Under the pieces are notes generated by a model. It made no database searches. It was not told the origin of the DNA and saw only the letters and a program-made list of their open reading frames with translations. Positions 26,090 through 37,300 of a DNA stretch of 64,000 nt are shown here, piece after piece. How positions within the stretch are numbered: position 1 is the first letter of the stretch; each line of letters opens with the position of its first letter. Source of the stretch: a virus; IMG/VR virus record IMGVR_UViG_3300043774_000178, positions 1 to 64,000 of that record, one strand, 5' to 3'. Both the position numbers and the translations under genes were made by a program.

Positions 26090-28336
26090 ATGTATAGAGT
26101 AAAAATAAAAAGATTACCTCAAGCTAGATTTGGTAGAGGTGTAAAGACAGGTCAGCAAATGGATGGTGCACTAGCTATCCAACCTACAGCAATGGGTGGA
26201 GCTGATATTGATCAATACATAGGAGAGAAGCCTTTAAAGACAGTTAATACATTAAGTGCTGTTCCAAGAGAAGAAGCTAACCTAGAAGCAGAAGGAGGTG
26301 AGACTGCATACGGAGATCTCAATGGAGATGGTATGGCAGAACACGCTAAGATTGTAGGACCAAGACATCACAGTGGAGGTGTACCTTTAAATCTTCCTGA
26401 TGATACTTTTATCTATAGTGACACAAGTTCAATGAAGATAAAAGATCCTAAGATACTATCTATGTTTGGTAAAGCTACTGCTAAAGGTAAAAAGTCAAAA
26501 GGATTTACTCCAGCAGAACTAGCTAAGCAGTATGACTTAAATAAGTATAGAAAGATTCTTCAAGATCCTAACTCTGATAAGATTGATAAGAAGACAGCAG
26601 AGTTAATGATTCAAAACTACACTATGAAGCTTGGAGCTTTAGCATTAGCTCAAGAGTCTAAGAAAGGTTTCCCACAAGGTATACCTGTAGTAGCACAACC
26701 TTATATGGATGCTAATAAGATATCTGAACAAGATATCATGCCTACATATAAGTCTGTATCTCAAGGTGGTCAACAACAACAAGCTGATCAGATGTATGAG
26801 CAGGAGCAAGAAGGTATGCCAACAGAAATGCCTAATGGAGAACCTATTGCTATGTCACCAGAGATGCAAGGTCAGGAACAACCTATGCCTCCTATGGAAT
26901 CAATGCCTCCTATGGCTCAGTATGGTATGATGATGGGTGGATATGATATGCCTTACTATCCTGAGATGGCTTACGGTGGTATCCCAAGATTTAATGATGG
27001 AGGACGAAAAATGACTACAGCAGAACTTCAAGCAAAAGCAAAAAAAGATGCTGCAAAAAAAGTAAAAGAAGTCCCTGCAGGTTATGAAAATATAGGTGGA
27101 GGTTATTATGCTACGGGCACTATTAATCAACAAGAAGTAGAAAGTGGATTAGGTACAGCTAAACCTGGTTCAGGAGGTGGAGGTAGAAGTGTTGGATATG
27201 AAAGAACAATGTGTGATGAGTTGAGAAGAGGAGTTACCCCTGAACAATTAGCTGCAAAAGGACATGGTACCGCTGCTGGTTTAAAAAATAGGTTTAAAGA
27301 TTGTTATGAAGAAGGAAAAGCTAAGCTTCAACAAGGGTCAGAAAATATTGATGTATTACAACTAGAAGAACCAACTGATACACCATGTAATCCTTGTCCA
27401 GACGGAAGTGTTCCTCCAAGAACTCCTGATGGCAAGTGTCCATGTGAAGAAAAGAAATGTAATGCATGTCCTGATGGTACAGTACCTGAGATGACAGCTG
27501 ATGGTAAATGTCCTTGTGGTGAGACAACAGAAACTACAGAAACTACAGATACTGTTACACCTCCTCAACCTACTATGACAGCAGCAGGATGGACAGCACC
27601 TGATATTAGAAACTACTATGGAGCATTTAAAGATAAGTATTCATTAAACCGTTACTATCCTTGGGCAGCAAGAGCAGATCTAGAAGAACCTACAAATATT
27701 CTTTATGATCCAACAAGAGAGTTAGCTCAACAATCTGAGCAGACTAATATTCTTACACAGGGTCTAGGACAGTTTGCGGGACCACAAGCATTATCTGCCA
27801 GAGCATCTCAGATACAAGGTAATGCTGCACAGCAAGCTGCAGATACCCTATCTAGATATAATAATCTAAATGTAGGTTTAGAAAATCAGTTTGCATTAAC
27901 TCAGAACCAGATTAGAAATCAAGAGAAGATGCTTAATCAGGCAACAGCAAAAGAGTTGTATGATAAAACTATGATGACTAAACAGCAGTATGATAATGCT
28001 AAGAGACAAGCTGATGCAAATGTAAGGCAATCATTTGCTACAGGATGGAAGAATGCTTCTGATATTGCTATGCTTAATTCAATGCAGGAGCAGTATAAAG
28101 TAGACCCATACTCAGGTACAGTATTCCATACAGGAGTAGGTAAAACACCAACAACTGATAAACCTAGTATGTCTCCAACAGAATATTGGAACTCTCCTGA
28201 ACTTAGAGGATTAACAGATAAAGCTAAAGAAACTTTAGTAGCTAAAAAGTTTAGTACTGGTAAGTATGGAGGTAACATGAAAGATGGTGGTATATATGTA
28301 ATGGGTTCTAATGTATTCCCATTCATGTTTTACTAA
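26090..28336 (+). CDS. cargo protein (crAss cargo-protein-1-like)
   Basis: ANLEAEGGE...GPRHHSGGVP...FIYSD...TPAELAK domain, several GG motifs and a C-terminal coiled coil. Confidence 0.6.
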   Translation: MYRVKIKRLPQARFGRGVKTGQQMDGALAIQPTAMGGADIDQYIGEKPLKTVNTLSAVPREEANLEAEGGETAYGDLNGDGMAEHAKIVGPRHHSGGVPLNLPDDTFIYSDTSSMKIKDPKILSMFGKATAKGKKSKGFTPAELAKQYDLNKYRKILQDPNSDKIDKKTAELMIQNYTMKLGALALAQESKKGFPQGIPVVAQPYMDANKISEQDIMPTYKSVSQGGQQQQADQMYEQEQEGMPTEMPNGEPIAMSPEMQGQEQPMPPMESMPPMAQYGMMMGGYDMPYYPEMAYGGIPRFNDGGRKMTTAELQAKAKKDAAKKVKEVPAGYENIGGGYYATGTINQQEVESGLGTAKPGSGGGGRSVGYERTMCDELRRGVTPEQLAAKGHGTAAGLKNRFKDCYEEGKAKLQQGSENIDVLQLEEPTDTPCNPCPDGSVPPRTPDGKCPCEEKKCNACPDGTVPEMTADGKCPCGETTETTETTDTVTPPQPTMTAAGWTAPDIRNYYGAFKDKYSLNRYYPWAARADLEEPTNILYDPTRELAQQSEQTNILTQGLGQFAGPQALSARASQIQGNAAQQAADTLSRYNNLNVGLENQFALTQNQIRNQEKMLNQATAKELYDKTMMTKQQYDNAKRQADANVRQSFATGWKNASDIAMLNSMQEQYKVDPYSGTVFHTGVGKTPTTDKPSMSPTEYWNSPELRGLTDKAKETLVAKKFSTGKYGGNMKDGGIYVMGSNVFPFMFY

Positions 28337-28401
28337 ACTTAATAGGTTTAATAAACTTATTTGATTTTAATATTTTTACAATATATAGAATTTAAGAAAA
28401 T

Positions 28402-31317
28402 ATGGCAACGTATTTACAAGGTGTAACAGACTATGTACCACAGATTCAACCATTTCAACCTGACTTGAATCTGTATGCTAATGTGTTACAGACAAAACAG
28501 ACTCAGTATGATACTGCATGGAAAGCTCTAAACAATGTTTACAGTCAATACTTCTATGCAGATTTAACTAGAGACGGTAATATAAAAAGAAAGGAAGAGT
28601 TACTTAAGAATATTGATTTCAATCTAAGAAGAGTATCTGGATTAGATTTATCACTAGATCAAAACGTATCTCAAGCAACTCAAGTATTTAAACCTTTCTA
28701 TGAGGATAATAACTTAATGAAAGACATGGCTTGGACCAAAAACTATAATGGTGAAAAAGGTAGAGCTATGAGTTTCAAAAATTCTTCAGAAGCAGCAAGA
28801 AGAGAACAGTACTGGGATGCTGGTGTAAGAGAACTTGACTACAAACGTGAAGAGTTTAAAACTGCTACAGATGAAGAAGCAATGTCTTTTGATAATGTAT
28901 CATATACACCATATGTAAATGTAACTAAGAAAGCTAGAGAGATTGCAAAAGATGCTGGCTTATCTATAGAAACAGTTGACTTTAGTCCTGATGGTAAATG
29001 GATTGTAAAAACAAGAAATGGTGAAAACCTAATGGAGCCTCTAAGTAAATTGTTTGAGGCTGAGTTAGGTAGTGATCCTGCAGTGCAAGATGTTTATAAA
29101 TCACAAGCATATGTAAATCGTAAAGACTACGCTTACTCTAATGCTGCTCAATTCAATGGAGACAAGAATGCAGCAGAGATGAAGTATCTTGAAAATAACT
29201 TTAATGTACTTAAAGAAAAACAAGTACAGAGATATGAAGCTATGCAGGAGCAGTCAACTGTATATGATAATAAAATAAAAGATATAGAAGCTCAGATTGC
29301 TAAAGGTGATAAATCTCCATCATTGCAGAGAGCTCTATCTGAATTAAAACAAGGTAGAGATATAAACAACAAAGTTCTAGAAAGAGTAAGAACTGAAGTA
29401 GAAGATTTAGAAGACAGAAGTAAAACTCCTGGAACAAGTGGTTCATTTGTTAATCCATTTGGTGACTTAAAGTCTTTAAGATATAAAGTAGATAATGGTG
29501 TAGCAGGTATGCTCATGGAAAAAGACATGAATGAAGCTGCACAAATATTTGCATATAGAGATCATAAGAAAGATATACAAGCTAATCCATATGCAGTTAA
29601 TGAGCAGAAGCACGGATTTGCAATGCAAGAAATTGCATCAAGAAATGCAGGACTTGCAAGAGCTGCTCAGATTAGAAATGAAGGTGAGAGAAAAAACAAC
29701 AGAGAAAAGTATCTTGCTGAAAATGGATATGGATTCTATGATGCAGATGGAAACTTCCAGATGAAACAAAGTCTTCAAACAATGTTCTTGTCTAATAAAA
29801 ATGATGGTAATGTTACAGGAGAAATAAATCTTAAAAACTTTGCAAGGACAACAACTAATGAAATGCTTAATGATAAGGCACTACCTTATTTGCAACAGAC
29901 ATTAAACATGTTTGATAAACTACAAAAAGCTGGTACAATATCTCAAAAAGAAATAAGTAAACTTCTTACAGGGTCATATGATAAAACTATGACTATTGAA
30001 ACATTTAATAAAAAGTTGCAAGCGAATCCTGAAAAATACATGAAGCAACTTGGTTGGCAGAATCTAAGAAAGCTTCAAATGAGAGCTGACTGGTGGATAA
30101 AAAATAATAACCAAGTAAAAGCTGTAAAAGATGAAATTGCTGGTTATGATAAAATGAGTAGAGAATATGAGACTACAGCTCATCATTTAAGAGATCTAAA
30201 TAACTGGTATAAAACAAGTTCTAAATGGGTAGAGCAACAGATAGCTACAGCACTTCCAGCTGAATTAAAATGGACGGCAAAATTTGCATATGATGAAAAT
30301 GGTAATTTTAGATCTAAAGAAGATTTTGCTAAAGTAACAGGATTAAAAGTTCTAGATGAAAAATCAAAAGCTAAATTTAACCAATACTCACAAATGGAAA
30401 ACATAATGAGTAGAGGAGTTAATCCACAATATAAAACTAGTAACCGTGTAGGTGATATTTATGATCAAATACAAAAAGCTGCAGCAAAAGCATACTCATC
30501 TACAAGTACAGTAAAAGGATTAAAGGCTCCTCCAGGAGTTACTGGTTATGGAAAATTAGATCCTGGAACAGGACTATTTACCGCAGGTAGGAGTGGTATT
30601 GAAGTAGCACCAAGAGCAAAAGGTACACCAAGTTATTTCTACTTTAATGAATTTATGAATGACCTTAGAGGTCTTGATATGGGTGATATAAATAAAGTTA
30701 AACTTAGTGTAGCAGGAACAAGTAAAACAGGATTAAGTTATTCTAATGCAGAAAAGAATAGAGTTCTACAATCTATATTAGAAGCTGCTTATTCTGAAAT
30801 GCAAGATCCTAAAACTAAATTTAAAAACTTCTTGCTTGAATCTCAGAGAATTGCAGGAGGTGATGCTAGCAAAAGTGCAATGGTTGTCCATCTTGACCCT
30901 TTATGGTTAAAGAAATATGTAAAAACTAAAGATGGAACAGGTGGTGTATTATCTCAAGCCCAGTTTGAAAATGCTATTAAAAATGGTATATCTGTAGTAG
31001 CAGATGATAACATGTTTAATAACACTATGTTAAAGTCTATGGACATGACACCATTGGAGTCTACAATTGAGTATAATGGTTACTATGAAAAAGAAAGTCT
31101 TTATGGTAATGGTAAATATAGAATTGAAAAAAATCCAATACTAGGTGGTTATAGGGAAACTCTTACAACTAAGTTTGAAGATCCTAGAAGTGGAGAAGTT
31201 TATACAGGTAAGGAAACATGGGATAGTAATGTTAAACCTGATGTAGCTCTAAATAATGTAATGAACAACTTGAATCAGTTACAAGAACAATTTTCAAATA
31301 TAGGCTATGGCTACTAA
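28402..31317 (+). CDS. ejection/cargo protein
   Basis: 971 aa, helical. MATY...PFQPD...LQTKQTQYD N-terminus and YTPYV motif typical of crAss ejection proteins. Confidence 0.6.
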   Translation: MATYLQGVTDYVPQIQPFQPDLNLYANVLQTKQTQYDTAWKALNNVYSQYFYADLTRDGNIKRKEELLKNIDFNLRRVSGLDLSLDQNVSQATQVFKPFYEDNNLMKDMAWTKNYNGEKGRAMSFKNSSEAARREQYWDAGVRELDYKREEFKTATDEEAMSFDNVSYTPYVNVTKKAREIAKDAGLSIETVDFSPDGKWIVKTRNGENLMEPLSKLFEAELGSDPAVQDVYKSQAYVNRKDYAYSNAAQFNGDKNAAEMKYLENNFNVLKEKQVQRYEAMQEQSTVYDNKIKDIEAQIAKGDKSPSLQRALSELKQGRDINNKVLERVRTEVEDLEDRSKTPGTSGSFVNPFGDLKSLRYKVDNGVAGMLMEKDMNEAAQIFAYRDHKKDIQANPYAVNEQKHGFAMQEIASRNAGLARAAQIRNEGERKNNREKYLAENGYGFYDADGNFQMKQSLQTMFLSNKNDGNVTGEINLKNFARTTTNEMLNDKALPYLQQTLNMFDKLQKAGTISQKEISKLLTGSYDKTMTIETFNKKLQANPEKYMKQLGWQNLRKLQMRADWWIKNNNQVKAVKDEIAGYDKMSREYETTAHHLRDLNNWYKTSSKWVEQQIATALPAELKWTAKFAYDENGNFRSKEDFAKVTGLKVLDEKSKAKFNQYSQMENIMSRGVNPQYKTSNRVGDIYDQIQKAAAKAYSSTSTVKGLKAPPGVTGYGKLDPGTGLFTAGRSGIEVAPRAKGTPSYFYFNEFMNDLRGLDMGDINKVKLSVAGTSKTGLSYSNAEKNRVLQSILEAAYSEMQDPKTKFKNFLLESQRIAGGDASKSAMVVHLDPLWLKKYVKTKDGTGGVLSQAQFENAIKNGISVVADDNMFNNTMLKSMDMTPLESTIEYNGYYEKESLYGNGKYRIEKNPILGGYRETLTTKFEDPRSGEVYTGKETWDSNVKPDVALNNVMNNLNQLQEQFSNIGYGY

Positions 31318-34300
31318 TGATGAATTATTTAGCCCATTAGATGGATTGGGTACTGGGTATGGAAAATTTGATGCACCTACACCTGATGTTACAGGGTATA
31401 CTCCTTTTGAAGGAGATAGACTTAAAGATCCATCTATAAACTTTCCACAAACTTTTTTTCCACCAGCACCTAATATTGGTAGCTTAACTGTTCCTAATCA
31501 ACAGATTAGAACTAATGTAACTGGAGCACCACCTAGAAAAGCAGGACCAGCAAGAGGAGCAAGTCCAAAAGATATTGTGACATCATTTAATAAAATGATA
31601 AAGGCTCAGTCTCAAGCTAATCCTGATAATAATTATTATGCAAAAATTCATTCATATGATGCAGGTCCAGCAGGACCTAACTTTTACAAAAGGTATCAAG
31701 CATATGGACAAGAGACTTTTGATAAAATAGGATTTCATCCTCTAAGAAATAATGAAGCTGTATTTACAGAACAAACAAGTGGATGGGATGACTTTACTAG
31801 AATGCTGAAACACTCTGCTTGGCCACTATTCTCAAGAGGATTTGTCTCAGCACCTAAGAGTTTATTTAAAGCTTTTCAAGGAGACTTTAGTGCAGACACA
31901 GAAGATGCAAGAGTATATGAAGAAGCTGCAGCTATAGGACAATCTTCTAGAGGTGGTATAGGTGCTTTTACTTCTAACTTAGCTATGAACTTTGCATACA
32001 CAGCAGGTATTATATCTGAAGCTATTATAGAAGAAGCAGGTTTAGGTTTATTAACTGCTGCTACTGGAGGAGGTGCTGCTCCTGCTTGGATGGCATCACT
32101 TGCTAATAAAGGTAATCAATTTAAAAACTTATTTAGAACCTTATCTAAAGCTGACAATGTTGTTGATGCTTCAAATATATATAGGAAGTCATTGAAAGCA
32201 ATGGATAATGTTGATGATACTAGAAGAATTTGGAGTGCTCAAAAAGCAGACAAAGCATTAAACTCTGGTATAGGTAGATTCTTTAACCCAGTAGAAAATA
32301 CTGCAAATGCTATAATGAAAGGTATAAAGAATGAAGATAACCTAACAGGATTAGCAAGAGCATATACTACAGGATACAATACAGTAGGTGGATTATACCG
32401 TGATGTTAGATCAATTAACATGGCTCTTGCAGAAGCAAGACTTGAAGGAGGTATGACCCAGAATGATGTCTATAAAGAATTATATAATAGATATTATGAA
32501 AAGACTGGTAGAGCCCCGTCAGATGCAGAACAAGAGTTGATGATTAAGCAGTCTAAAGATGCTGCTACAACATCAATGATGTGGAACACAGGTCTTATAT
32601 ATTTGTCAAACAAAGTTGTACTTGATAATATAGTAGGTGCGGGAAAAGGAATTACTGGTTGGACAAGAGGCAAGATTGATGATATACTAGATTTAAAAAC
32701 AGGTAAGGTAATTAAAGAAACTGAGGAAGTTGTATTAAAGTCTGGTAAGAAATTTCAGAAACCTAAGTATAAGTGGGAAGAAAATACTTTTAAAAACAAA
32801 CTACTTAATATAAAGAAGAATCCAGTAAGTGGTACACTCAGTTTTGCAGGAACATACTTGAAAGGAAACATAATGGAAGCGGGGCAGGAAGTTGCTCAAG
32901 AAGTTATTGGTGATGCTACTAAAAAGTATTATGTTTCTACATTTAAGAATGAACACTTAAGAACTCAACAGTATGCAACCGGTTTAGCAAAGTCTGCATT
33001 TGATGACTTATTTAGTACTTCAAGAGGATGGGAAACAGCAGCTTCTGGTTTCTTTATGGGTATGTTTGCTGGACCATTAAATAAGTCAGTAGAACTTATG
33101 TCTGTAGGATATGATAAATACTTCAATCCTGAACAGTACAATGAGTATAAAAAAGTAAGAGATGAGTATGGCAAGAGGATTGTCAATACCCTATCTAGTG
33201 TAGACATGAATGAATTCTTTAATTCAAGAATTTGGAATTATGGTGTTCAAGGTTCTATGAGTGATTTAAGATTAGCAGACAGTGAAAAACTACAGAGAGA
33301 TGCGCAGGATCAAGCCTTCATAACTCAAATGAACACTGTACTTGAGAATGACATGATGAATCACTTTATAGAAAACTTAGAGTCTTATAAAGGATTAACT
33401 GCTGAAGAATTTGAAGAAGCCTTCCCTAATGTGCCTCAAGGAGAAGGAGCTAAATACATTGCTAAGCTAGATGAGACAATAGACAGAGCAAAAAATCTAG
33501 AGAAGAAATATAACTTCTATAAAGAAAGATTTCCAGATCCTGTTAGTGCAAAAGATCTAGAGGGATTGGCTCCTGAATCTAAAGAGTATCAAAATGCTCA
33601 GTTACTAAATGAGGCTTGGAAGGTTGCAAGATACAATGGTATATTCTTTAGTGAGACATTTGAGAATGTAACAAAAAGAATGTCAGGTATACTAGATTCT
33701 GTAGCATCACAAAAACTACTTAAGAATGCATCAGCTAGTGATATAACTGTATTGTTTGATCCTAAGTTACTTGCTAATCAAGCAGACATACTTAGAGATG
33801 AGATAGACATGATGTCTAAGACAGAAGGTACAAGACCTAAAGATCTCTTAGAAAGAAAACAAAAGCTTGAGGCTCTAGATAATTATGACAAAGCTGTAAA
33901 TACTTACTTGTCATTTACTATGACAAAAGAAGCTATAGCTGAGAAGTTTATTAACCGTGCTAAGATGCAGGGTAAAGAACTTTCTGATGAGGAGTTAGAT
34001 TCACTTGTAGAATCTGAAATGAGTAAGAGATCCGAATCAGACCAAGTAGAAGCAGCTAAACAATTAGAGATTGCTTACAAAGACTATCTTAAAACTCTTG
34101 CTGGTCAAACTGGTGACTATGTATTTGATGAGCAAATAGATGACTCATTCATAAAACTAATAGACTATTATAAGCTAAGTGATGAAGCTAAGCTTATGAA
34201 TACATATGCAAACTTATTAATGAATCCTGCAGGATATCTAGAACAAGTAGAGAAGAACCAGGAGTGGATGAGTGAGCTTTACAATAATAGAAAGGAGTAC

Positions 34301-37300
34301 TATCAAGAGATGGTACAAGAAGCTATAAAAGCAAAAGAGTCTAATGATCTTTTAAACTTTCTTGCTTCTAGAAACATCTATGTAAGTTTAGATGACTTTC
34401 AAAGATTCTTAGAAACAGGTATCCTACCTGATGAATTCTATAATGACACTAATAATACCGTAATAAAAAGATCTAATCCTGAATACATTGAGCTAGCTAG
34501 AGCATTTATAAAGTTTAATGAACTAAACAAACAAGTTATAAAAGCTCAGTCAGCAGATGAAACTCTTAGAGAGACTCTGAAGAATCTTGATGAGAAGATG
34601 ATGGATGAGATTGAGGCTCTTGAAAAATCAGAAGTAAGAAATGAACTTGGTCCAATACCTACAAAGAAAAAGGGTATAGGTATTTCTGATGTGATGGCTA
34701 ATGTAGAAGATGGTCAATATGCAGACCTTATCTACATGGAAGGTAAAGATGAAACACAGATTACTGTATACAGAGATGGTGATGTCTTAAAGTATAATAA
34801 CAAAGAAGGAGAAGAAGTTAATCCTAAACTTAAGACAAAGTTTATCTCTGGAGTAAAGTATGAAATAAAACTAGAACCAGACGCAGCTGAAGTAGAAGCT
34901 ATTAAAGAAAAGTATAGAGCAATAAAAGACCTTAAGGTAGAAGAAGCTTTAGCAGAAAAAGAAAAGGAACAGTTTGAAGAAGATAAGTTTGTAGAGATAA
35001 CTCCTAGTACTCCTATTGAAGAGTTTCCAGCTGATTTATATAATGAACTATATCTCATGTTTGAAGACTATATTGATAAAACAAATATAGAAGTTCAGGA
35101 TGATGAGTTTACTGACAGATTAGCTAACTTCATAAGAACCAACTCTTTAGCTGCTGAAGTAATAGCTGAGTATAATAAAAACAAAAAGTTAGAAATAGCT
35201 ACAGCTCCTACTGGTGAAGTTATTGTACCCACTATAACTACAAGAGATGGTAAAGAAGTTTCTGTAGATGAGTTACCTGAAGAAGAAGTAAGGTCATATC
35301 TGAACTCTTTCTTATCTGAATTAAAAGTATTAGAAACAAAAGATAAACTAGAACCACAAGAACAGAACAGACTCTATCAAATAAAAAGAGTAGCAGATGA
35401 TCTACAGAAGTATGTGGATAGTCTAGATAAAACTCAGTTTACGGAAGCACAGCTTGCCACTATTGAAGTACTAAATCAGATAAAACTTAAGAATGAACAG
35501 TTAGTAAGAACTCCTAATGGGTATATCATAGATGATACACTTCATAAAAGAGTTACTACTGAGATTCAAAAGCTAGTATCTAAAGGTTACCAGTATACAG
35601 ATATTGGTAAAATACGTATTGCATTTAATAGTACACTAGGTAAAACAGGACTTACTGTAGATTCAGTAGATGCATTTATAAATAAGCTAAGAGAGGAATC
35701 TCCAAAAGGATTCAGTGAGTATACATATACAGAATTAGACCAAGAGCTTAAAGCATTAGCTGGTCAACCTACTACTGCTGGTACTCAAGCTGATATAGAA
35801 AGAAAATCTAATGAGTCTGTAAAAGACTTTATAGAAAGATTGTTTTCTAATAATTACTTTTCAGAAGTAGATGGAAAACAAATATTTAGTTTGACACAAG
35901 GAAGATGGGGTGTTGTAGTTAATATAAATGGTGTACAAGTACCTTTTTATCAATCTACTTCTGGTACAGACACTAAAGTTACAGGCCAATGGTACCCATT
36001 CTTTGGAGACTTAGGTAATTGGGTTATAAAAGGGAATAGCGATGATTCTAATATAGGGTATGGGTTTAAAGCTATACAAAATGTTCAAAAGTTTTTAAAT
36101 GATAATATAAAAGAAACAGATGCTATAGCTTTAAGCGGTATTATATCTACAGACGTTAATCAAAATAAAGAAAGTTTAAGAAGCTTAGATGAATCTAAAA
36201 TAAAAGGTAATGAAAAAATATCTTTAAATAAAGAAGCAACTGCAAAAAGATTAGCTGATGTAGCAGGTTACTCACTTGAAGAAGGTAGGAAAACTAAATC
36301 AGATTTAGAATTATTTGAGTTAGCATCTAAAAAAATATTTGCAGAACTAGCTGCATTAGAACCTAAAGCAACTGAAAACCAAGTAGATAGAAAAGCTGCA
36401 GTCATAGAAGCTGGTTTAGGTAGAGAGTTAGAAAATATAGTTAGAGATAGACTAAGAAATGAAGGTGTCACCCAAGCAGAAAGAAATAAATTAACTCTTA
36501 CCCAAGAACAATCTATTTCATTAGCAACAGAAGCTGATTACAAAACTCTTTTAGAAAATAATAAGAGGAAACTCAAAGAAGAAGAAGCTAAGTTTGAAGC
36601 ATCTCAGAAAGAAGATTTTGATCCTACAACTGGAGAATTTGAAACTGGGGAGAATGTTGCTTTCTATCAGAATAAGATAAAATCTATTGAAGGTATAATC
36701 AATATTAAACCTACAGCTAAACCACAGTTTCTTACAAAAGCTGAGCTTAGAGAACTTGTTGAAAATCTAGTCCAGGAGAAAACATATGAAGATGCTAGAA
36801 TAGCAGGTAATTATGTAGATAGAGCCATAAGAGATTTCTTTGCAGGTAGAACTCCTGAGTTCAATGAAAAATATATTACTAAGGAAGCTTATGATAGTTT
36901 ATTTGGTGACTCATCTGCAGTAGATGCATCAGGTAATAGAACTTCAATAGGTTATTTAGAACTAGCAAAACAAAGACTTGAAGAGCAAGGTCTATATCTA
37001 TACTCAGAAGGGTTAGTATTAAATGATGTTGATGCTGTTGTTGCTGGTGAGATTGACCTTATAATGGTAGATAGACAAGGTAGGGTATTTATAGTTGATG
37101 TCAAAACAGGAGACGCAACAAAATGGGGGAATTTCAATGACCCTAAAAATCAATACTCTAAAAAAGAAGACTATGAGTTGCAACAAACTACATACTCTAA
37201 TCTTCTGTTTAACATGACAGGATTAAATTCATTAGTATCTCTTATGCCAATTGAGATAACTAAAGATAAAGAAACAGGAAAAATCCTTACTGCCTCAGCA

